The notes beneath the pieces are model-generated. The model saw only the letters and a program-made list of their open reading frames with translations. It searched no databases and was not told the origin of the DNA. Source: Dendrobates tinctorius (Eukaryota). Taken from it: DNA of 64,000 nt. This document shows, piece after piece, positions 53,060-64,000 of the stretch. The stretch spans positions 18,414,001-18,478,000 of the forward strand of contig NW_027361706.1 in assembly GCF_039654945.1 (NCBI RefSeq). Reading direction: 5' to 3'. The first letter of the stretch is position 1; every line of letters starts with the position of its first letter. The translations under genes and the position numbers were made by a program.

Positions 53060-53969
53060 GGTAAAAAGTTATTTTTTCATTCCTATTACTTTTGGGATAT
53101 TTCTAGCACTTGTTTTGCCATCCAGCTTGTCCTATTGCAAGAGGATTGTGAACACTACAGCAGGGTTTTTATACTTTCCTTCATTAAATAAGATTTGGTT
53201 CAGGTGATCACCTAATCAGAAGCACATTAAGTAGAATGAGGTGCACTCTGGTTGGAATTCAACTGACACTGGAATGGAATGGCTGTCAGACATGTAGAGA
53301 AGCTGATTTTTATACAACTGTGCAGTGGTCTCTTCATTTTTGCCAGAGCTGTATGTTCAGGGAAATATTTAATCGCTCGTCATTACAGATGCTCTCCCTT
53401 AGAAATCAGCGCACCGGGACTCTGCGGTGCACAGTTGATTGCAGAGGACACAAGCGAGGCACGTTTTCCTTTCCCTACCCGCATGACTCTGTGTGATTTC
53501 TAAAAGCGGCTCGTTTAAGAGAACACTGCTACGTCAATTTACACTCCATGATCTGCACGATGAGCAGGTGCAAATTGTGGAGTGTGAACATCTCTCCCCC
53601 CACTACTATTATGGCTTTAAAGTCTGAGATTTTCTCCCTTCTGGCCTTTCAAGAGGTTGCTCACCCTTGTGAACTGTTTGTTTAAATGCATATAGTTTTG
53701 GCTAAAAATATTTTTTTTCAATTGAGTTTTATTAGAAATGTTGCACTGTTTGCCTTCTGCAGCCTCTGTGTTGCACTATCTGGTACTGGCTGCAGAAAGA
53801 GTTAACTAAGAATCTGTAAGTGAGCTGATTCTGGCAATTCAATTAGAGAGTTTATAAAAACTGGTTTATGTGTCTTTTTCTGCACTACATTAAAGTTAAA
53901 TCTACAGGGAGCAAGGAGCCTATAAAAAAGTCATTTAAAACAAAATTGATGAATAATAGTAGTAAGCAA

Positions 53970-55320
53970 GTTTTGTGCAGCTTCTTGGTAATAAGGGAGT
54001 TTTGTGCGGCTTCTTGGTAATAAGGGAGTTTTGCGCGGCTTCTTGGTAATAAGGGAGTTTTGCGTGGCTTCTTGGTAATAAGGGAGTTTTGCGCAGCTTC
54101 TTGGTAATAAGGGAGTATTGTGCGGCTTCTTGGTAACAAGGGAGTTTTGCACGGCTTCATGGTAATAAGGGAGTTTTGCACGGCTTCTTGGTAATAAGGG
54201 AGTTTTGCGCAGCTTCTTGGTAATAAGGGAGTTTTGCACGGCTTCTTGGTAATAAGGGAGTTTTGCTGCAGCTTCTTGATAATAAGGGAGTTTCGCCGCA
54301 GCTTCTTGGTAATAAGGAAGTTTTGTGCGGCTTCTTGGTAATAAGGAAGTTTTGCACGGCTTCTTGGTAATAAGGGAGTTTTGCATGGCTTCTTGGTAAT
54401 AAGGGAGTTTTGCACGGCTTCTTGGTAATAAGGGAGTTTTGAACGGCTTCTTGGTAATAAGGGAGTTTTGCGCAGCTTCTTGGTAATAAGGGAGTTTTGC
54501 GTGGCTTCTTGGTAATAAGGGAGTTTTGCGTGGCTTCTTGGTAATAAGGGAGTTTTGCGTGGCTTCTTGGTACTAAGGGAGTTTTGCTGCAGCTTCTTGA
54601 TAATAAGGGAGTTTCGCCGCAGCTTCTTGGTAATAAGGAAGTTTTGTGCGGCTTCTTGGTAATAAGGAAGTTTTGCACGGCTTCTTGGTAATAAGGGAGT
54701 TTTGCACGGCTTCTTGGTAATAAGGGAGTTTTGCACGGCTTCTTGGTAATAAGGGAGTTTTGCATGGCTTCTTGGTAATAAAGGAGTTTTGCGCAGCTTC
54801 TTGGTAATAAGGGAGTTTTGCGTGGCTTCTTGGTAATAAGGGAGTTTTGCGTGGCTTCTTGGTAATAAGGGAGTTTCGCTGCAGCTTCTTGGTAATAAAG
54901 GAGTTTTGCTGCAGCTTCTTGATAATAAGGGAGTTTCGCTGCAGCTTCTTGGTAATAAGGGAGTTTTTCGCAGCTTCTTGGTAATAAGGAAGTTTTGTGC
55001 GGCTTCTTGGTAATAAGGGAGTTTTGCGCGGCTTCTTGGTAATAAGGAAGTTTTGTGCGGCTTCTTGGTAATAAGGGAGTTTTGCACGGCTTCTTGGTAA
55101 TAAGGGAGTTTTGCACAGCTTCTTGGTAATAAGGGAGTTTTGCACTGCTTCTTGGTAATAAGGGAGTTTTGCACAGCTTCTTGGTAATAAGGGAGTTTTG
55201 CACTGCTTCTTGGTAATAAGGGAGTTTTGCACAGCTCCTTGGTAATAAGGGAGTTTCGCCGCCGCTTCTTGCTAATAAGGGAGTTTAGCCACAGCTTCTT
55301 GGTAATAAGGGAGTTTTGCA
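53970..55320. repeat. 29-bp tandem repeat (GTTTTGCACGGCTTCTTGGTAATAAGGGA), ~46 copies
   Basis: Direct inspection; some 30-bp variants. Confidence 0.97.
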
Positions 55321-57679
55321 ATCAATTGTTCTGTATCACTCTCAGGAATGAATGAAGCGGCACTCCATTCACAAGGGGTACTTCAGAGCGCTGGGTTTGG
55401 TGGGGGTCCCACAGGTCTGACCGGGAAGTTGTCCCTTATCCCTGGGAGAGGGAATAACTATCAAACTTGAGAATACGGTACCTTTAAATTCTGTACATAC
55501 TTTACCTGATTTTCTAGAGGGTTTCACAAAGATGGTATATGATATATTTGGTGGAACTGAAAATCTTTCAAAGGAAATCCGGTCTGGGTAAAAGGCTGGT
55601 CTTCTACTGAAATGTTATTCCTGGTGTTCCTTTGGGGGGAAAAGAATCTCAAAAATGCCTTTGGTGCCCGACTGTTTGGTAATATGGAGCACACTACTGT
55701 GTAGAAGAGAGTGTGCAGAAATCCGATGCACTTGGTACCCCCTAAAATCCACGCTTGAGAGGAAAAGGTCTTTTATGTTGGTAAACCTGGCAATGGACGT
55801 CAGTAAATATGGTACTCAGAGTTGTTTCCTGGCCCAGCGCCATCTATCCCCGCTGTCTGTCTATGCTCACTGTCTTTTCCACTTTTAGGCGACCTCTACA
55901 TTTAGAAGGGGATAACACAGAGTTTATTTTTGATGATTGTTTTGCTGAGGTTCTGTGTTTAGTTTGCTGACAGGTGCAGTCTGAGCAAACAACACATCCC
56001 TGCTGTTTACTAGGCCCGGGAAAAAACATCTGCGCCGGAGTCTGTAAATGATGAGATTTACTTGGTTTAATTTATCTATAGCTTTGTGATAATGTGGCGA
56101 AGTTATGAAGTGCCGCCGTTCGCAACATCAGGGTGAGCAAAGCCCTTTCTTAACTTTGGGCAAAAATTGGGCGATTCCGTCATTGAGAGGAGGGTATATT
56201 TGGCCCATGTGCTGTTTTTACGTGCCATGGACAGGACACAGACCCATCATAGCCAGTGTACATGGGCAATTTTCCACGTGGACTGTCAGAAGTTTTCGAT
56301 GACATGGTCTGATAAAGTGAATTCAATGGAAGGTATCTGCAGCACCCATCCTCAAAGCGGACATACTCTTAGGCTCGGAACACATGAGCAGTAGCATGCA
56401 GTATGGTCAATTAATGTTTATTTGCAGTTGAAATATGTTAAAACATTGGCAATGTGGCACGCTACGGCACACGTGAATTTAGTATGAGATTTGCACACTT
56501 CCGGCCACTTTCTGACGACTGGACACGTCCGGGTTTGCTAAATTCTCTTGTATTAATTGAGGCTGCGCACGTTTAGTCGGCATGTGACCCCATGTATGCA
56601 AATCGCACCCACCCGCTCCCAGCACTGGAGTATCCTGACAGCAAATATTCATAAGTCTTCAGTCACATAGAATGATTTCAAGCATGGACAACCCCTTTAA
56701 CTACTAAAATCCATTTTGCGCAAAAGATGGTGTTTCAGCTGCACTTAAGGATGAGATTACAGCTACCTAATGAAGTCTGTGGATAGGGGATGAGGAAGGA
56801 GGAGCGATGAGATGAGTGAGAGAGAGGGAGAAGATTCTCCTGCTATCCATTAAGTGTTCTACTTCACCCCAGAGCTGGATTCACAGCTACACTGTACAGT
56901 ATGGCTGTATATTACCCTCCATGCTGCTGCTTCTGAGACAGACAGGAGAGGAGGAATCCCTCGTATCTATGTGTGCATTAAAAACGGCGCCATAACTGCT
57001 GTCATCTGATACGTCTGCACCACATCAATATTGGCAAGAAGACACATTTTAGGTGTGTGGTTTTTTTCCCCAACAATCAGTTCTAGGAAGTTTCAGGAGC
57101 CTAATAAACAAGAACCGCAGTCTCATTAAGGCTTGTTAACACTGCAGTTGCCTTGTGATCAGAATTTAAAGAAGGAGAAGTAATAAAGTCCTGCATATTT
57201 TAGTTTTAGTAATGCCCAGGGGAATAGGTGGAATCTGATTACAGTCAGCGTCCTATAGCAGGACAGCGCCTGATACTGAATGCGGGGGTCTTCATCGCTA
57301 GCTATTGAGAAAAGCATCTATTGCCTAAATTGCAACTTATTGGAAAAATCTCTTTCCCCGATGAGTGGGACCCTTTTATACAAGGTTCTTTTTCCTGGAA
57401 TGTATTGCCGTTTTTGGAGAGCTAAAATGATGAGTGTACGTTCAGAAAACTCCCAGGGACTTATGTAATTGGATCAATTAGTCATCGTTCGGCTTTGGCA
57501 GGAAAAAAAAATACAATTGGGCTCGTTTTTTGTGCCGCACATTTCTCATCTCCATTTTCGACAAAGCTGCGTAGCATATGCTGTGTAGCATTCGACACCA
57601 GGTGGTACATTTTACATAAATATATTAATCATTTATCAAATTTCTCAGAGCATGTTGTAATAGTATCGGGATTCATTTT

Positions 57680-58100
57680 TTAAAAGGAATCTGTCACCTC
57701 CTAATCTGAGAGAAGCATAATTTAGAGACCTTGATTCCAGTGATGTATCACTTACTGTTCTGCTTGCTGTAGTTTTGATAAAATCGCAGTTTTAGGAGAT
57801 TATCACTAGAGGACTAGTAAACCTGCTGCCATGTAATTCTCTATATTCATGAGTACTGTATAACCCCGCCCCCACATCTGATTGGCAGCTTTCAGTGTAC
57901 ACCGTGCATAGGCAGAAAACAGCCAATCAGTGATGTGGGTGGAGTTATACAGAGCTCATCATTCAGGGAACTGGTAGATCTGCAGCAGATAAAACAGGGA
58001 TTTTATGAAAAGTAAGTGATAGACTGCTGGAATCAAGGTCTCTACCACTACATTATACTGCTCTCGGATGGGGAAGCAAAAACCTGCTGATAAATTGCCT
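57680..58100. mobile_element. T2/Kolobok-type MITE, family A
   Basis: TTAA-AAGGAATCTGTCAC ... AAAAACCTGCTGATAAATT. Confidence 0.85.
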
Positions 58101-58374
58101 TGTTCACACTGAGGTTTGTTGTTTTCAAGACTGTCAGAAACAACAAGTTTTTCGAACAGAAAATGTTTCAGGATATGCTCTTTTTTTGTCAGCTTTTTGG
58201 AAGAGTTTTTCTTTTTGTAAAGCATCTTGAACAAGTTTTCCTTCCTGATGTGTTTTTTTTTTTTTTTCTTGCAGCATTTTGATTTGATCCTGCCTAGTTT
58301 TGGAGCGGATTACATCAGGAATTTTTTTGAAAATCTTTTCAGGAAATCTTCACTGCAGCCTGTCAGCCACTGCC

Positions 58375-58800
58375 TTAAAGGGAATCTGTCAGTAAGTTTT
58401 TGTTATTTAATATGAGAGCAGCGTAATATAGAGCCAGAGATCCTGATTCCTGGGTTGTGTCACTTATTAGGCTATATGCTGTAGTTTCAATACAATCAGT
58501 ATTTTATGAGCAGGAGGTTATCACTGCCGGACTAGGTCTCACATGCAGATCAGTCAGGCTATTTTGTGAAACCACGCCCCCACCACTGATTGGCAGATTC
58601 ACAGTGTACACAGAAAGCTTCCAATCACTGGTGTGGGTGGGGTTATACACAGCTCAGAAGCTTTAGCTCTGCTACATCAAGGATTCATAACTGCACCAAG
58701 CAGTCCAGTGAGTGATACATCGCTGGAATCAGGATATCTTGCCCTACATTATGCTTTTCCCAGATCACGTTTAAAAAACTTGCTGACTGATTCACTTTAA
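58375..58800. mobile_element. T2/Kolobok-type MITE, family A
   Basis: TTAA-AGGGAATCTGTCAGTAAG ... CTTGCTGACTGATTCACT-TTAA. Confidence 0.88.
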
Positions 58801-60599
58801 GGTGTTCGGGTTGCTATTTTTCCCCCGTTGTCTTCGTGGTGGCTCCGCCGCCGGTATTCTTTTTGTTATTTAGACTTTTAAGTAGCTGGAGCCACCCAAA
58901 GAGTGGACAGGTTACTTCTTCTAAAGGCTTCCCAGCTTTGGAAGCCTGAAGCGGTTAGAAGTGAGAAAAGACGGAACACGTGCACAGCAAGTTTATTTTA
59001 CAGTGCTGTGCATTATGTTCATTCTTTTTAGCATTTTTTTCCACCTGGAACCTGCTTGATAAAGACGTGTGCACATACCATGACTTGTCCAGCATTGCAG
59101 AAATTTCATTTGTTAGAGCTGATAGAGACAGAAAAGCCTCGGACAGATTTATTCATGGCATGTATGGATCCATCAGGAACAAAGGGCTTTGAAAAAGCAG
59201 TGACGGACATTGCAGTGATCAATATATATATGTATTATATTCATCATTTTCTGAGTTTGATCCTGCATTGACTTAATAATGAAACATATTCCCGGCCACA
59301 CGGGGACATCATTCCTTTATCAGTCATTTCTCTTGAGTTTTCGGAGCAGATATTGCATTTTTCATTCCACCCCCAATCCGTCTGGAAAAAGTTGCACCAA
59401 AGCCCCCAATTAAAATTAACAGGTTCCAAGCGGAATCCGGCTGAAAAAGATGCTGAATATTTTTTTTGCAGCCTTTTGATTGGACAGTTTGCAGCGGATA
59501 TCATCAAGATCCACTTTGAAGAAGGGTGATGCAATTTCTTCTTTATTTTTTCCACCAAGAGTTTTACAAAACTTTTTCAGGGAATAAAAAGCGTTAATAA
59601 AACTCCTCATAATGGACCGCGAAGTGAAGAAGTAGAACTTTTCCAAGCATTTTGATAAGGGATTGCAAAGCAAGCAAACAGTGTGAACATAGCCTTATGG
59701 CTTCCACCCTTGGACCAAGCTTGGACAGAACTGAGATCACCATATATGATCCATCCAGTAGAACTAGCCAAAAAAATGTATATATGTTACAACTGGTGGT
59801 TCTTATACTGCTACCATTAGAGATGGCAGAATCAATTCACAAGACTTTGGTACTTTGGCCATGACTGTAATCTGTGGCCTCTGGACAGAAGCCCTGTTGA
59901 TCTTCTTACCTCTCGGCATTTCTGGTTCTTTTTTGGTTAGCCAAAAGTGGTCATCATTGCTGCGTGACCCACACACGATGTCGCTCTTGCCCGGCTAATC
60001 GAAAGAAGAGCCAGGAATATTGAGGACATTTTCATGGTTCCTTACTGGCAGTCATAGATAATTGTGACCTGGCCCGGAGTCCTTCAATCGATTCTCCCAT
60101 GCTTGGCCAACGTGGTCTACTCATGTACCCAAGTGAATCTTTTCACAATGGCGTGCAAGAAAGAAACGGCTTCTGAGGTGCCAAGAGATTAGTTTTACGC
60201 TCAATGATGGGCATGGAAAAAAAAAAGACGTAAAAAATAGTTGGCTAATTTCGGGACCCCAAAATTGTACCTCTAATTTTGCCTGTGACTCTGACAAGTC
60301 CCCCGGATAGAGTTAGCAATCTCAATTCTGCGAAGGACATAGACGAGGCAGTCAGCAGATTTTTATGTCACTGGCAGAATTTAGCTGACGCCAGCTCATT
60401 TATTATGGGAATGAAAGCCTTCAGTTACCATTGACAAATTGGCGGCCGCTCAGATCCCGTCAGGCTTCAGTTGTGCTGTAAATTGAAATTTATTATAATT
60501 CACTGTTTTATTACGTCTTTCACTGAAAAAAAAAAAACATTTCCAGTCTGTATACTAGTAGAGTGCAAACGCCAAAATCTTGCCAAACTAACTCCTTTC

Positions 60600-61560
60600 T
60601 AAGGTGTGTGCACACAGAGATTTGTGAGTTTTTCAAAAAGCGATGAGTTTTCAAGAGGAAACCCATTCACAAATTTCTTTGCGTTTTGTGAGCCCAGAGT
60701 TTTTTGTGGACTTTTTGGAGCAGAAACCGAGAGGAAACTCAAAGTCCTCCTCCAAATCTCCACCAAAACTTTGAGTTTTCACCCAGTTTCTGCTCTGAAA
60801 TCTAAGCAAAACGACTACGTGTGCACCTAGCTTTGAGAATTTTTTGTTGGAGGAGTTTTTAATTTCCCGTAGACGTTCCGAAGAGATTTCGCAGCATTTT
60901 TATAAAAGTTTCTTAATGCCTTTTAATTGGACAGTGCCTAGTTTAGAGCCTGTTCAGTCAGGAGCCTTTTCAAAGAAGTGACATGCAATTTATTTTTTCC
61001 CACCCGGCGTCATCCAATACCCAAAATGGAAAAAGAGACTAAAAATATTGAACAAATGAACAGCAAGACGGTTTTACAATAGAAATGAATAGGAAGTGTC
61101 TTTCAAAAGTTTTTAAAGATGTTTTTTTAGAAGTGGATTTGTTACAAAGAAAGCTTAAAAAAATCTTTCTGCATATACTCTATGGGTGTGTGCCCACTGA
61201 CTTATCACTGATTTATTTACAAGGGGTTTTGGAGTAGAAACTTAACGCTCCATTTAAAATTCTTGTTTTTTGAACACCTCATGATTTTTGAAGAATTTCT
61301 GCTCCAAAAAACTCCTGAACACACCCTAAGGGTATGATCACCAAGTGTTTTTTTGCAATTTTTTTCCAGCATGAAAAAAAGCAGAGTTGGCAGGAGAACC
61401 ACTTTGTCAGCATTTTTTATGCTAGACTTGAATATGTAAAAAACTCTAAAATAACTGACATTCTGAATATATAAAAAAAACTGTAAAAGAATTGACATGC
61501 TGAGATTTAAAAAAACAACTTCACCACAGCTAAAAAAAAAAAAAACGCAATTACGTCATG
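60600..61560. mobile_element. Cluster of decayed Harbinger-type MITE pieces
   Basis: TAA-GGTGTGTGCACAC...GTGTGCACCTAGC, GGGTGTGTG...AACACACCC-TAA, GGGTATGATCAC and AATTGACATGCTG motifs. Confidence 0.5.
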
Positions 61561-62389
61561 TAATTCAAGTGGCAGGCTGTTCTAGTCACATATCCGCAGA
61601 TCACTGGTATGTGTATTTACGATACCGCTTCTCTGTCAGTTGAGACACAGGTCTTGGGAGCTGTGTTTCTTCAGACTGCAGCCCTTCTTGATACGTGAAT
61701 AGAACTGACTGTCATTTCAGTAATGTTTTACATTTTTGGAGAACCCCTTTAATTAATAGTCACCAATGTTTTGTGGCTTGCATTATGCTCTACTGGATCC
61801 ATCATACTAAGGATCCGAATGGAGTCTCATTGCCTTATTTATCATGTTGAATACTTTTCTATTTTTCCAGTCAAAAGCGACAGAACAGCCTATGGAAGCT
61901 CCAACTGGTTCTCAAAATAGCAATGTGAACATTTCCAGTGTGGCTGGAGGCTTCTTGGTTTTTTTATGCACATTTTGCAGCTTTACATTTCGGAGAGGTG
62001 CTGTGTTGTTCAGGGGAGGAGATGGATACGCAGTCTCTTTTGCAGAAGCACCATCTGTTAACGTGTAAAAATAGGAGACACTTTCAAGCTCTGAAAATTA
62101 CACATGGCTGTGGATGATAATTAGCAGCTCGCGAAGTTCCCCTGTGTCTTCTGTAAACTTCTCTATTTATAGGCCGGAGCCTGGAAATAACAATTAGTGT
62201 AAATTCACCGCTCTAATTAATAATTTCAGAGAGATATGGGATGTGCTGATCCTCTTCTTGTAGGCGCACAGGATGGATAAATAAGATGGTGTAATCTTCT
62301 TTAAGCCTCTCGGATAACCATATTGTTTGGGGAACTTATCCACAGGAGCTAGTGTCTTGGACCACATTTCATTACCCTCATCCGGGGTA

Positions 62390-62960
62390 TCGCTGGCGCT
62401 AGTGGTTCCCTTCTTCCATAGAATAAGACAATGGCTATGATATGAGGGGGTGCTTATATTGGGGGTAGAGTTGGTGCGAATTGATTTGCAGTACCCTGTC
62501 CAAAAGCCAAATCGGATGAAGTGTGTGAACCACCTCCTATCTCTTGACATCCGCGACTCTTTTGATTAGCTGGCGCTAATGGTGCCCTCTGCCACATAAG
62601 AATATGTCAGTATTATAAATGGCAATGAAATAAGAGGTGGTGCCTGTATTGAGGGTAGAGTTGGTACAAATCGTTTTGCATGACCCGATCTAGCGGCCAA
62701 ATCGGTAATCTGTGGTCTCTGGATGGGAGCAGGAGAACCACCTCCTATCTCGGCATCCGCAGTTCTTTTGATTACCTGGTGCTGCCCTCTGCCACATAAG
62801 AAGACACCAGTATTATAAATGGTAATGAAATGAGGGGGGTTCTTGTATTGGGGCTAGGGTTGAATATGCAGGACCCAGTCCAGCGGTCAAATCAATAATC
62901 TCTGGTCTCCGGATGGGAGCGGGGGAACCGCTTCCTACTGCTCTGCATCCGCAACTCTTC
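62390..62960. repeat. Diverged ~195-bp tandem triplication
   Basis: TATTGRGGGTAGAGTTG...CAAATC...GAACCACCTCCTA...CATCCGC recurs near 62456, 62647 and 62846. Confidence 0.8.
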
Positions 62961-64000
62961 TTTTAAGCGCAACGTCGCACGTGCATCAGGTCACAACGAT
63001 GACGGCAGGCCAGCTAATCAAAAGCTTATAAACTAATGGCAGGTCACTAAGAAGAGAATACCCACTTTAAAGACAACAAGATGTTTTGTGCTTTAATGGC
63101 GTGAAAAGCAATCCCTCCTCTTGCTTAGATGACACAGCGTGCATCCAGGTCCCAGATCATTGCGATGGGAGTGTAAGAAGTTTACGCTGCCTCGTGTTAT
63201 AATTGCAGAATCTATAAATAATGCATGGTCCTAATTTTCTCTAGATACTCAATTCCAACATCATTTTGAAGATGAGAAAAGCAGAAGATGTCGCCTGGGA
63301 TGATAAATGTTTACACTTGCCAAAAAGTGGCCCACTTTTGCATAAGTCTACCCAGCAAATCCTGATCGTTCACTAATATCTTACAGCAAAGCAGAGTTTG
63401 CAGCGGTGCTGAAGTGACTTACGCAGCAGGGTAGGACATCAGTCATACTCGGGAGGAGTGGTCCAGAGGCCGGATTCATCTGGGGGAGCTCGTGCTCTGC
63501 TGGACTCTGTCTCAGTCATTTGCATATGGCGATTGGAGAGATAAAATTTGTATGGACAAAAATAAGGATTTTCTCGGGGAGGTTTGTTAGAGCTTACAAG
63601 TTCCCTTTAAGATATTTTGAAATGCCCCTCTTGAAAGTTGCTGTTTGTTTCTTAGTCCACCCTGATATATTCACCCTATTTTGCAGGATGTAGCCAGAAT
63701 TCTTGCACAAAAACTTTGAGAAATTGTGCCAAAATTTAGCAACTTTTGACCTTTTAACACCAATTTCTCCCAGCTCCAACAAATTTAGTTAAACCGGGGC
63801 GGAAGTGGGTGGAGGGGGGCATGACAACTGACTGCCATTCGCCAAATTCATGATGAGTGCTGGCGTTAACAATGCCACAAATCTTACTCCAGCAGGGGCT
63901 GGAGTAGGATATGTGATGAGGCGCACAAAGAGGTGTTCACCGCTCGTTCAACATGCTTGATTCATGAACCGGGAGCGTCTTTCTCCAGCCTGTCTCTTCA

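Larger units (their letters stand above)
50959..53351 (-). mobile_element. Tc1 transposon (TA TSD) interrupted by a solo LTR
   Basis: TA-CAGCTCTGGCAAA ... TTTGCCAGAGCTG-TA. Confidence 0.94.

Noticed and set aside
53885-55321. Minus-strand ORFs up to 478 aa
   Set aside because: Translation of a 29-bp satellite cycling through all frames.
62340-62400. Minus-strand CCGGATGAG... as a possible hammerhead
   Set aside because: No correct CUGANGA/GAAA pair with compatible stems.

Overview
Vertebrate nuclear DNA, almost certainly an anuran (frog) intron or gene desert. This is inferred from TTAA-AGGG (T2/Kolobok-type) MITEs, TWA-GG (PIF/Harbinger-type) MITEs, CR1 LINEs, Tc1 relics and solo LTRs. No intact host protein-coding gene or structural RNA gene could be recognised. 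The long ORFs in the track are satellite artefacts or transposon remnants. Supported content: five satellite/minisatellite arrays (69, ~19, 27, 19 and 29 bp units); seven solo LTRs with readable target-site duplications plus one degenerate LTR; four Tc1 relics; a fold-back DD41D-type Tc1/mariner derivative; a Tc2-like MITE carrying a satellite; a two-exon Harbinger transposase broken only by one extra A in a homopolymer and followed by a 270-bp hairpin; two CR1 fragments; many MITEs; and one assembly gap. The most notable item is a minimal type I hammerhead-ribozyme motif at the centre of an ~80-bp-arm inverted repeat (a Penelope-like relic) nested in a minisatellite within a MITE. It belongs to a known class, and I cannot support a wholly new biological system from this sequence alone.
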